The notes beneath the pieces were generated by a model. The model was given only the letters and a program-made list of their open reading frames with translations. It did not search any database and had not been told where the DNA came from. The translations under genes were made by a program, and so were the position numbers. From positions 1-27,006 of the IMG/VR virus record IMGVR_UViG_3300017707_001044: DNA of 27,006 nt, one strand, 5' to 3'. Positions 1 through 8,082 of this stretch are shown here, piece by piece (position 1 is the stretch's first letter; each line of letters begins with the position of its first letter). The DNA is from a virus (lineage: Duplodnaviria > Caudoviricetes).

Positions 1-19
1 TGCATGAGTTAAGGAACTT

Positions 20-133
20 GTTGACCGGCCATGACGGGTTGACCGGCCATGACGGGTTGACCGGCCATGACGGGTTGACCGGCCATGACGGGTTGACCGG
101 CCATGACGGGTTGACCGGCCATGACGGGTTGAC
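20..133. repeat. Tandem array of 18-bp unit TTGACCGGCCATGACGGG (6 perfect copies + partial)
   Basis: Identical copies start at 21, 39, 57, 75, 93, 111; partial TTGAC at 129; no spacers. Confidence 0.97.
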
Positions 134-150
134 TAATCATTTTATTTAAT

Positions 151-239
<89 letters not shown>

Positions 240-248
240 CAAAACAAG

Positions 249-316
249 CGTTTTAAGGCTGGATAATTAACAAAGCATACTTTGGTATAGGTAAATTATT
301 ATCACGCCTTAAAACG
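249..316. other. Long imperfect inverted repeat / hairpin
   Basis: CGTTTTAAGGC (249-259) pairs perfectly with GCCTTAAAACG (306-316); inner GATAAT/ATTATC and CAAAG/CTTTG arms. Confidence 0.7.
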
Positions 317-340
317 TAAATTTTTAAATTGATAGACAAT

Positions 341-369
341 AAAAAAGGGCCGGTTAAGGCCCTTTTTTT
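341..369. terminator. Bidirectional rho-independent terminator ending the leftward early operon
   Basis: AAAAAA-GGGCC-GGTTAA-GGCCC-TTTTTTT directly after the last minus-strand ORF. Confidence 0.9.
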
Positions 370-430
370 ATTCTGATAGAGTTAAAACTATTAACTCTAT
401 TAATAACACTGTTACAAGCGCAACAATCAT
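368..430 (-). CDS. 20-aa hydrophobic peptide MIVALVTVLLIELIVLTLSE (not in ORF track)
   Basis: ATG overlaps the stop of the upstream gene (ATGA coupling); ends at the terminator; one TM-length hydrophobic stretch. Confidence 0.5.
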   Translation of the reverse strand: MIVALVTVLLIELIVLTLSE

Positions 431-633
431 TTTATTACCCCCGCGACGTGATTTGTTGGCAATTCTACCAGCTCATAAATTCTGGAATTGTTAGCGCCCT
501 CTTTGTCGATGATTATAAAATCACCGGATCTTGTTTTGTGTATTTTATACGATGGCGTGGTATCTACCAGGCATAACGCGCCTATAAAGATTATTAGAAT
601 TGCAGCTGCTGCGATATAGTTTAAATTTTTCAT
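427..633 (-). CDS. 68-aa protein with N-terminal TM segment
   Basis: RBS TAAGGA upstream; YIAAAAILIIFIGALCLV hydrophobic segment. Confidence 0.8.
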   Translation of the reverse strand: MKNLNYIAAAAILIIFIGALCLVDTTPSYKIHKTRSGDFIIIDKEGANNSRIYELVELPTNHVAGVIK

Positions 634-649
634 TTTATATTATCCTTAA

Positions 650-1336
650 TTAAAGATTATTAGTTGCAAGCGCTGCTTTTTTTGCGCTTGTTCCATGTGG
701 TAAAAATCCAATGCTAAAATTGCGATCTTTATTTGCGCATAACATGCAATCAATGCATCTTGTTTCGTCATTAGTTTGAGCTGGGCAAATTACAATCTTG
801 TTACCCGCTGCAGTGTAAGATACCTTGGGCGCGTTCATTGGCATAATAACGGCCACAGGCGCAATATTAAGCGCAAGTAGATCATCCACTTCATTTATAT
901 GATTAGCGCTTAAATTGATGGTAAAGCCGTCGTCATTAGCTTGTTTGATTGCTAATCGATTATTAAGATTAGTTAAAACGTTGTAATGTGAGTATGTAAA
1001 CGCGCGTAATTTACGTTTTTTTGTTGTAGCTGCTAATCTTGCAAGTTTAGGCGCGTCGATTTGGCCATTTTCGCCTGGTAAGTCGCCGGCCTGATTATGA
1101 CGATATTCTGATTTAATTGGTAGCGCGCCTACTTGCAACAAAAAATCATCAAAAGATACGCCGCGTTCACCATTTGTTACCTTTTGCCAATGCAAATTTA
1201 ACGGGCCATTTCCAGCATAACAGCCTTTTTCTTTTAAGGGACAATCATCAGGACAAGTAGATTTTGAACTGGTAGACACTGCGATCGGGCCAGTTTTTGC
1301 ATTGTTTGATACTTTAGTTAAATGATAATTTGACAT
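650..1336 (-). CDS. Cys-rich phage early protein (DUF7227 / gp88-like), possible metal or Fe-S binding
   Basis: SxNxKTGPI, CPxxCPLxxxGCY, RHNQAGDL, NLSA and CP...CxxCxxC motifs. Confidence 0.75.
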   Translation of the reverse strand: MSNYHLTKVSNNAKTGPIAVSTSSKSTCPDDCPLKEKGCYAGNGPLNLHWQKVTNGERGVSFDDFLLQVGALPIKSEYRHNQAGDLPGENGQIDAPKLARLAATTKKRKLRAFTYSHYNVLTNLNNRLAIKQANDDGFTINLSANHINEVDDLLALNIAPVAVIMPMNAPKVSYTAAGNKIVICPAQTNDETRCIDCMLCANKDRNFSIGFLPHGTSAKKAALATNNL

Positions 1337-1551
1337 TATAGGGCACCATTCAAAAAGTCTAAAAATTGCTTAACAGTTATATCCATCAATCCTGAAAATT
1401 TTAAACCATCAATTTTTATATATTGAATCCAAGTATTATAACTTTTGTATTCAATATTTTTACCGTCACAAATAATGTCGTAAAAAACCCAATTATTTTT
1501 ATTATCTTTTCGTAATTTATTAAGATGTTTTATCAATTCTACTTTAGTCAT
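1336..1551 (-). CDS. Hypothetical 71-aa early protein
   Basis: RBS AAAGGT; TAATG coupling to the downstream gene. Confidence 0.8.
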   Translation of the reverse strand: MTKVELIKHLNKLRKDNKNNWVFYDIICDGKNIEYKSYNTWIQYIKIDGLKFSGLMDITVKQFLDFLNGAL

Positions 1552-1583
1552 TTTAGTTTACCTTTAGTTATAGTTTTTAAGAG

Positions 1584-1661
1584 TTACATTAAATAGTTAA
1601 GCGTATTTTCTGCCAGTGCAATAAATAATATTGCAATTCCAAACATTATTATCTGATTCAT
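1584..1661 (-). CDS. 25-aa hydrophobic peptide MNQIIMFGIAILFIALAENTLNYLM (not in ORF track)
   Basis: Start context TAAGGAATATAAAATG closely resembles that of the 633 gene; ATGA-coupled to the upstream ORF. Confidence 0.65.
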   Translation of the reverse strand: MNQIIMFGIAILFIALAENTLNYLM

Positions 1662-1807
1662 TTTATATTCCTTAATAAAAATAAAGGTAGAAATGATATA
1701 ACTGCAAGTATCAATAGCATGGCATTAAGAACTACTACTTTAGGTAATGTCAAAATAATTGCAGTTAAAACGATTGATAATATTAAGATTAAAATTGTAG
1801 TTTGCAT
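1658..1807 (-). CDS. 49-aa two-TM peptide MQTTILILILSIVLTAIILTLPKVVVLNAMLLILAVISFLPLFLLRNIK (not in ORF track)
   Basis: First ORF after the predicted promoter; two hydrophobic helices split by PK; stop overlaps next ATG. Confidence 0.65.
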   Translation of the reverse strand: MQTTILILILSIVLTAIILTLPKVVVLNAMLLILAVISFLPLFLLRNIK

Positions 1808-1840
1808 TGTTTTTTTCTCTTTTTTGTTGAAGTTATAGTC

Positions 1841-1868
1841 AATATACTCTTTTTTCAGCTAATGTAAA
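1841..1868 (-). promoter_or_regulatory. Sigma70-like promoter for the leftward early operon
   Basis: TTTACA-N16-TATATT on minus strand, about 35 bp upstream of the 1807 start. Confidence 0.5.
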
Positions 1869-1891
1869 GACTTTTATTACACTTATTGACG

Positions 1892-2160
1892 TGTTAGTAA
1901 TGTTAGTTGATTGTTAGTTAAAAAATATAGCGTGATTGCATACGGCTTAGACCAGACCTATCGGGGCTTTAAGCTATTTGTTAGTAATGTTAGCTATAAT
2001 ATTATATTAATAAAGAAATAATAATATTAATAATAACCATAATAATAGTAAGGAAAATAATATCGTGGAGGCAGTTTAAAAAATTAGTGGTGCTTACATT
2101 GCTAACATTTTCTACAGCCCGCGTCGTATAAGGGTTTGTTGTTAGTCATTTTTACTAACA
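1892..2160. other. Putative replication origin: TGTTAG iterons flanking an AT-rich core
   Basis: TGTTAG at 1892, 1901, 1912, 1979, 1988, 2140; inverted CTAACA at 2102, 2155; almost pure A/T stretch about 1996-2062. Confidence 0.55.
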
Positions 2161-2167
2161 TTTTGGG

Positions 2168-2431
2168 CTAATCCCATTTAGGACATGAAAAAGGGGCGCA
2201 AAAACCATTACTTGATACTTTCGAGTTAATTTTTAAATCATCTGAAAATATCGTTAAATAGATTGTTGCCTGGCAAGTTTGCGTTTTACGCTTTAAAGCT
2301 ATTCTATGGCCGATATATCGACGTAAACAAGACAGTAAGCTATTGTACTGTTTGGGTGTAAGCCCCAGTTCATGCAGGTCGTGGGCTAAATGTTCTACGC
2401 TTGCATATCTTAAATCTAGTAATGTTTGCAT
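2168..2431 (-). CDS. Hypothetical 87-aa protein
   Basis: ORF track; weak RBS (GAG); embedded among iterons. Confidence 0.45.
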   Translation of the reverse strand: MQTLLDLRYASVEHLAHDLHELGLTPKQYNSLLSCLRRYIGHRIALKRKTQTCQATIYLTIFSDDLKINSKVSSNGFCAPFSCPKWD

Positions 2432-2515
2432 TGTCAGCTACTCGTAAAAGTTGATAGAGTAGTAATTATAACGTTATCGCACTCAATAATGGATTGAGCC
2501 AATTAAAACCTATAG

Positions 2516-2539
2516 CTAACATTGCTGACATTACTAACA
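2516..2539 (-). repeat. Satellite iteron cluster (CTAACA/CTGACA/CTAACA, 9-bp period)
   Basis: Reverse complement TGTTAGTAATGTCAGCAATGTTAG matches the 1892 and 1979 clusters. Confidence 0.7.
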
Positions 2540-2554
2540 CATTCCAGGTAATGG

Positions 2555-2641
2555 CCTGCCTACCTGCCTACCTGCCTACCTGCCTACCTGCCTACCTGCC
2601 TACCTGCCTACCTGCCTACCTACCTACCTGCCTACCTACCT
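2555..2641. repeat. Tandem array (CCTGCCTA)x8 followed by CCTA/CCTG tetramers
   Basis: Perfect 8-bp units 2555-2618, degenerate to 2641. Confidence 0.97.
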
Positions 2642-2653
2642 TGCATATAGTTG

Positions 2654-2666
2654 TAAGTTATTGAAT
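2654..2666 (-). promoter_or_regulatory. IHF-like binding site
   Basis: ATTCAATAACTTA on minus strand vs consensus WATCAANNNNTTR (1 mismatch). Confidence 0.4.
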
Positions 2667-2736
2667 TGTAAGGGTATAGCGGGGGCGTTAAATAGTCGAT
2701 GTGTCGCATTGGGGGGTTACCTGCGTGAGCGGTGGC

Positions 2737-2832
2737 GGGGGCATTCATGTAAATCTTTTGCATTTTTAGATAGGGGGGGGCATTCACATAAATCTTTTGA
2801 GGTTATTAATTTCATAAAGCTTTTGCATTTTT
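2737..2832 (+). repeat. Direct repeats GGGGGCATTCAYRTAAATCTTTTG x2 plus a partial third; putative packaging-signal region
   Basis: Copies at 2737-2760 and 2776-2799; core TAAAKCTTTTG again at 2815; G-runs; just upstream of terS. Confidence 0.6.
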
Positions 2833-2868
2833 GAAATTTTTTTTGAAAAAAATTTAGAAGGTCAAAGA

Positions 2869-2897
2869 TTGTTTTACATTACAATGTGTGGTACTAT
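2869..2897 (+). promoter_or_regulatory. Promoter for the terminase operon
   Basis: TTGTTT-N17-TACTAT with extended -10 TG. Confidence 0.45.
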
Positions 2898-2929
2898 CTT
2901 TATATATAACTATCCACAACTGGTGACTT

Positions 2930-3307
2930 ATGATCTCATTCCCCTATTCCCCACGCGAACTCCAAGCTACAGAGGCGCGGTTATCCCAAATATATGAAGC
3001 TGCCAAGCTCGGCTTAAAAGGAGATAAACTGGCGCTTGCCTCCGGCATGTTACCCTCCGAGTATCGCCAACTCTGTCAGCTAGACCCAACTGTTGAACTG
3101 GCCGCTTTGAAGGGCGCTGCCGATGCAGAAGTGGAAGCCTCAACGCAGTTGAGAGATGCTGCACGAAATGGTGATTCCAAAGCAGCATTGGCTATCTTGC
3201 AACACTCTCACGGCTGGGCTACTGCTAAGGAGTCAACTAGAGTGGCGGTTGGCTTGACCAACGCTGATGGATCAGCTATGAATCTAGTGATAGGTTGGGA
3301 AGAATGA
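2930..3307 (+). CDS. terS: Terminase small subunit
   Basis: Directly upstream of and ATGA-coupled to TerL; N-terminal helical/HTH-like region; C-terminal beta-strand (NLVIGWEE). Confidence 0.8.
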   Translation: MISFPYSPRELQATEARLSQIYEAAKLGLKGDKLALASGMLPSEYRQLCQLDPTVELAALKGAADAEVEASTQLRDAARNGDSKAALAILQHSHGWATAKESTRVAVGLTNADGSAMNLVIGWEE

Positions 3308-4605
3308 AGGTTACGCTTCCTTATAAGCCTAGAGATGTATTCAAACCCCTGCACAATCGAAAGGAACGCTGGGCGGTTGTGGTGGCGCATAGACGCGCAG
3401 GGAAGTCTGTATCTTGCATCAATGAACTGATCCGCGCCGCCTGTCAGGATGTGTCGGGCGATGGACGCTATGGATACATTTGTCCTTACTATTCCCAAGC
3501 CAAACAGGTGATCTGGGATTACTGTAAAACCTTTACCAAACCTATACCTAATATAAAGGTGAATGAATCGGAATTGCGGTTGGACTTTCCTAATGGTTCT
3601 CGCTTGCAGTTGTTCGGTGCGGATAACCCTGACAGATTACGGGGTTTATATTTTGACGGCATCATTGCAGATGAATATGGCGACTGGAAATCTTCCGTGT
3701 GGGCGTATGTTATCCGTCCGGCATTAGCTGATCGGAAAGGTTGGGCGATCATCATTGGAACACCTAAAGGAAAGAACGCATTTTATGAACGTTATGAGCA
3801 AGGGAAGACTGATCCCAACTGCTTTACCTTGATATTGAAAGCATCGGAATCAGGATTGCTTGATGCGGAGGAGTTAGCCGAGCTTAAGAATGAACTGAGT
3901 GAGGACGCATGGTTACAGGAAATGGAGTGTAACTTCGATGCAGCGATACCAGGAGCTATCTACGGTAAGGAAATGTATGAATTGACTGAATCTGGGCGCG
4001 TGAAGCCTTGTTATGACCGTTCGTTAAAGACTTATGCTGCTCTTGACTTAGGGTGGAGCGATGATACTGCGATATGGTGGTATCAGGTGGTAGGGCGAGA
4101 GCTTCGGGTAATCGATTGCTACTCAAATTCAGGTATGCCAATCAGTCATTATGACGAGATATTAAAAGGAAGGGGCTACGATTACGGAGAATGGTTATAT
4201 TTACCCCACGATGCTAAGGCAAAAAGCTTACAAACAGGCAGGTCTATTGAAGAACAGTTCAGATCGCTAGGTTGGCGACCAAGAATCGTGCCAAGTGTCA
4301 GTCTGATGGACGGTATTCAAGCGGCGCGTTTGACTTTAGCGGATTGTTGGTTTGACCCTAAGTGTAAAGAAGGCATGGAAGCCCTCACGCAGTATCAACG
4401 TGAGTATAATCTGGATAAAAAGATATTTAATGACCGTCCAAAGCATGATTGGACTTCTCATTATGCGGACGGATTTAGATATGTAGCTTTAGCGTGGCGT
4501 GAACAGCGTCCAGAGCCAAGAATTAAGAAACCTAAGTATTGGCAAGAGCAAACATTGAACGAATTATGGGAATCTAGCACAAAACCCTTTAGAAAACGAA
4601 TATAA
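3304..4605 (+). CDS. terL: Terminase large subunit
   Basis: Walker A HRRAGKS, Walker B IIADE, GTPKG coupling motif, RNase H-like DLGWSDDT and HDWTSHYADGFRY; start set at ATG 3304. Confidence 0.97.
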   Translation: MKVTLPYKPRDVFKPLHNRKERWAVVVAHRRAGKSVSCINELIRAACQDVSGDGRYGYICPYYSQAKQVIWDYCKTFTKPIPNIKVNESELRLDFPNGSRLQLFGADNPDRLRGLYFDGIIADEYGDWKSSVWAYVIRPALADRKGWAIIIGTPKGKNAFYERYEQGKTDPNCFTLILKASESGLLDAEELAELKNELSEDAWLQEMECNFDAAIPGAIYGKEMYELTESGRVKPCYDRSLKTYAALDLGWSDDTAIWWYQVVGRELRVIDCYSNSGMPISHYDEILKGRGYDYGEWLYLPHDAKAKSLQTGRSIEEQFRSLGWRPRIVPSVSLMDGIQAARLTLADCWFDPKCKEGMEALTQYQREYNLDKKIFNDRPKHDWTSHYADGFRYVALAWREQRPEPRIKKPKYWQEQTLNELWESSTKPFRKRI

Positions 4606-4608
4606 GTG

Positions 4609-4635
4609 TTGCTTTTAGCAGAAAAACGGTATAAT
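4609..4635 (+). promoter_or_regulatory. Promoter upstream of portal
   Basis: TTGCTT-N15-TATAAT in the terL-portal gap. Confidence 0.5.
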
Positions 4636-4652
4636 CACCCAAACCCTTTTAA

Positions 4653-6914
4653 ATGAGCGGCACGATGGCAAAAGAATTAGCAGATAAATCAGCACAGCCG
4701 TGGCACGATGAATTGTCACGCTACAATCAAACGTTTAAGAAGTGGACTGAGCGTGGCGAAAAGGTCATTAAACGCTACCGTGACGAACGGAAAGACGTTG
4801 AACAGGCTGATGCACGATTTAATATCTTTTGGTCTAACATTCAGACGCTAAAGCCAGCTATTTACGCTAAACCACCTAATCCTGAAGTATCAAGACGCTT
4901 TGACGATCAGAATGATGTTGCTCGTGTTGCTTCTAACATCTTAGAACGAGTCTTATCCTATGAAATTAATCAATATCCTGATTTTCATGCTACTGTTTCC
5001 AATGTGGTTGATGATAGATTGTTACCAGGGCGTGGTGTGGCTTGGTTACGATATGAACCGATCATTGAATCAGTTGATGCAGAACCTCAGATCACTGATT
5101 ATGAAGAAGTAGGGGGGGATGAATATGCTCCTACCGGAGAATCATTAGAAGAAAATGCGTTAGCAGGAGAACAACCTGCCCAATATGAGCGCATTACTTC
5201 TGAAACTACACCTGTTGATTACGTTTATTGGCAAGATTTTGCCCATCTACCAGCAAGAACGTGGGAAGAGGTAACTTGGGTAGCTAGACGAGTTTATATG
5301 TCGCTAGAGGAAGGAGAAGAGCGATTTGGTGAGGTATTTAACCAAGTTCCTTTAACTCATTCACCTGATCGACAAGATGGCGAGAAAGAATCAACTCAAT
5401 CATTAAAAAAAGCTGAAGTTTGGGAAATTTGGTGTAAAACAACGAAATGTGTTTATTGGGTAGCTAATAATTACGATATTGTTCTTGACCATCGTGAAGA
5501 CCCATTAGAATTGTGCGACTTCTTTCCTTGCCCTAAGCCTTACTTTGCTACTACCACTTCAGGATCGCTTGTTCCTATAGCTGATTTCTTACTGTATCAA
5601 GACCAAGCAGATGAAATTGATGATCTAACAGGTAGAATCAAGCATCTTACCAAAGCCATGAAGGTTATGGGTATTTATGCGGCTGACGAACCAGCTATTG
5701 AACGTCTGATGAAGGAAGGCAATGATGGCGTTCTGATCCCTGTTAAGAACTGGGCGGCATTTGTTGAGAAAGGTGGCTTGCAAGGCGCAGTTCAATTCAT
5801 GCCGTTGCGTGATGTGGCACAAGCATTGCAACAATTATATCAAGCTCGTGAATCATGTAAACAAATCATCTATGAAACAACTGGTTTGTCAGATATTATG
5901 CGTGGTGCTTCGGTTGCATCAGAAACTGCTACAGCACAACAAATTAAATCTCAATTTGCGTCATTACGATTGAATAGTATGAAAGATGACATGAGCCGAT
6001 TTGCTCGTGACATTTTAAGAATGAAGTCTGAAATCATTTGTTCTAAATACCAACCTGAAACATTGATTCAAATGTCAGGTATTAACTTCACACCCGATGC
6101 TCAGTTTGTTGAACCTGCGATTCAGTTACTGAAAAATGAATCGATGCGTAATTTTAATATTGACATCGAAACTGATACCTTAGTTCAAATAGATCAGCAG
6201 GCTGAAAAACAAAGCCGAATTGAATTTTTAACTTCAGTTAGTACCTTCTTAGAAAAAATATTGCCAATGGGACAACAAGCGCCTGAGTTAGTTCCTTTAA
6301 TGGGTGAAATGCTTTTATTTGGTATTAGAGGGTTCAAAATTGGTCGGACTATTGAAGGTTCATTTGAGCAATATATAGCTACAGTTACTCAAAATGAAAA
6401 AGCTAAAGCAGCTCAACCTCCACAGCCTCCTCCTCCAACACCTGAAATGATTAGAGCGCAAGCTGAATCTCAAAATGCACAGGCTAAGATTCAATTAGAA
6501 CAGCAAACTACTCAAGCTAAAATGCAGTTGGAACAAGCTAAATTGCAAACAGAACAGCAATTAGAAGCACAAAAACTTCAATTTGAGCAATGGAAAGCTC
6601 AACTTGATGCAGATACTCGCGTAATGATTGCTGAAATGAGCAGTAAAACCAGTTTGAAACAGTCATCAATGACTATAAATGCTGCTCGCGATCAAGAAGG
6701 TATTTTAGAGCTTAACGATAATGGTGACGAGCAACCAAACAGTGCTTTAGCTGGATTGATCGAGGCAGTTAATCAAAACTATGCACAGATGATTCAAATG
6801 TCAACTATGCAGAATGAAGTCATGTTACAGAAACAAGCTGAAATGGTAGCTAATCTGTCGCGTCCTAAACAAATCGTTCGCGGTGCGGATGGCAAAATAA
6901 TTGGAGTTCAATAA
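4653..6914 (+). CDS. Portal protein with long Q-rich helical C-terminus
   Basis: Position after TerL; FFPCPKP, TGLSDIMRG, ETATAQQIK motifs; 753 aa (start may be 4665). Confidence 0.92.
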   Translation: MSGTMAKELADKSAQPWHDELSRYNQTFKKWTERGEKVIKRYRDERKDVEQADARFNIFWSNIQTLKPAIYAKPPNPEVSRRFDDQNDVARVASNILERVLSYEINQYPDFHATVSNVVDDRLLPGRGVAWLRYEPIIESVDAEPQITDYEEVGGDEYAPTGESLEENALAGEQPAQYERITSETTPVDYVYWQDFAHLPARTWEEVTWVARRVYMSLEEGEERFGEVFNQVPLTHSPDRQDGEKESTQSLKKAEVWEIWCKTTKCVYWVANNYDIVLDHREDPLELCDFFPCPKPYFATTTSGSLVPIADFLLYQDQADEIDDLTGRIKHLTKAMKVMGIYAADEPAIERLMKEGNDGVLIPVKNWAAFVEKGGLQGAVQFMPLRDVAQALQQLYQARESCKQIIYETTGLSDIMRGASVASETATAQQIKSQFASLRLNSMKDDMSRFARDILRMKSEIICSKYQPETLIQMSGINFTPDAQFVEPAIQLLKNESMRNFNIDIETDTLVQIDQQAEKQSRIEFLTSVSTFLEKILPMGQQAPELVPLMGEMLLFGIRGFKIGRTIEGSFEQYIATVTQNEKAKAAQPPQPPPPTPEMIRAQAESQNAQAKIQLEQQTTQAKMQLEQAKLQTEQQLEAQKLQFEQWKAQLDADTRVMIAEMSSKTSLKQSSMTINAARDQEGILELNDNGDEQPNSALAGLIEAVNQNYAQMIQMSTMQNEVMLQKQAEMVANLSRPKQIVRGADGKIIGVQ

Positions 6915-7285
6915 TGGCGGTATCATTAAATACAACCTTGCGTAATAATAGAGCTGATGCTATTACTACATTTGCTGGCAATGGGGCTAAGTTAAGGCTT
7001 TATACTTCTGGCGCAACATTGATTGTTGAGTGTGTTTGTGGCACACCTTTTGCAGCTGCGGCTTCAGGAGGCGTATTAACTCTTTCAGCTATTTCACAAG
7101 GTACAGCTGGAGCATCCGGTACAGTAACAAATGCAAGCCTTTATAAAGCTGATGGCACAACTTTAGTAGTAAGCGGAATGACTGTGGGTACTTCAGGGTC
7201 AAATGTTAATTTATCCAGTACGCTAATATCTTCAGGTGATAATGTCGCTATATCTTCAGCTACAATTTCTGAAGGCAACGCTTAA
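6914..7285 (+). CDS. Small beta-rich virion structural protein
   Basis: G/A/S/T-rich, LRLYT motif, TAATG-coupled to portal. Confidence 0.7.
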   Translation: MAVSLNTTLRNNRADAITTFAGNGAKLRLYTSGATLIVECVCGTPFAAAASGGVLTLSAISQGTAGASGTVTNASLYKADGTTLVVSGMTVGTSGSNVNLSSTLISSGDNVAISSATISEGNA

Positions 7286-7287
7286 CA

Positions 7288-8073
7288 ATGGCTTTATGGG
7301 ATTCTGGGATATGGGATTCCTCTAAATGGTCTACAATCGAATCAACTGTAGCAATAACCCTTGATGGGGTTACAGTTGCTTCAACAGGTAAGGTTGTACA
7401 TGTAGCTACTGTAGCGATAACACTTGATGATGTGGTTATTGCATCAAGTGGAGTAATAACACGCCATGCAACGGTTGATTTACCGCTTGATGATATAATT
7501 ATTGCGTCAAATGGTAATATTACTCGACATGCCACTTTAGCTTTAACACTTGATGATGTAGATATAGTTATTGCTGGACAAGATGTTCATGCAGGGCCGT
7601 TAAATCTTCAGCTTGATGATGTAGATTTTGCATCAAGCGGTAACGTCATTAAACATGGCGATTTAAGTTTACAACTTGACGATATAACTTTTGAAGCAAC
7701 AGGACAAGATGGGCATACTGGGACTTTAGCGGTAGCTTTAGATGATTTAATAATATATTTTCAAGGGGCTGATGATAATCAGCAGCAACATCGAGGGGGC
7801 TTTGATACTAAGAAACGTAAACCTACGGTTTACAAGGATGAAAGACAAGAGCTTGAATCTCAAATAGCAAAAGCAATCGCTAAAGTTACAGGAGAAGATC
7901 AAGAAACCGCAACGTCTGAAGTAGAAGTTAAAGTAGTTGAACCTGTAGAAACGCCAAACTACCAGCTTCAAGAAATGGTTATGAAAGCGCAGGCTATGGC
8001 GCTTCAAGCCGAAATAGACCTTCTAATTCAAGCTGAATTAGATGATGAAGAATCACTCATGTTACTTTTATAG
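7288..8073 (+). CDS. Virion protein with seven 21-aa repeats and C-terminal DDEESLMLLL
   Basis: Repeats of T[VL]xxxLDD[VI]xxxxxGxxxxxx at aa 20-166. Confidence 0.75.
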   Translation: MALWDSGIWDSSKWSTIESTVAITLDGVTVASTGKVVHVATVAITLDDVVIASSGVITRHATVDLPLDDIIIASNGNITRHATLALTLDDVDIVIAGQDVHAGPLNLQLDDVDFASSGNVIKHGDLSLQLDDITFEATGQDGHTGTLAVALDDLIIYFQGADDNQQQHRGGFDTKKRKPTVYKDERQELESQIAKAIAKVTGEDQETATSEVEVKVVEPVETPNYQLQEMVMKAQAMALQAEIDLLIQAELDDEESLMLLL

Positions 8074-8082
8074 GTATAGACA

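Noticed and set aside
20-133. CRISPR array
   Set aside because: Units are directly adjacent with no spacers; no cas genes
2910-2918. DnaA box CTATCCACA
   Set aside because: Single copy with a mismatch, far from the iteron cluster; expected by chance
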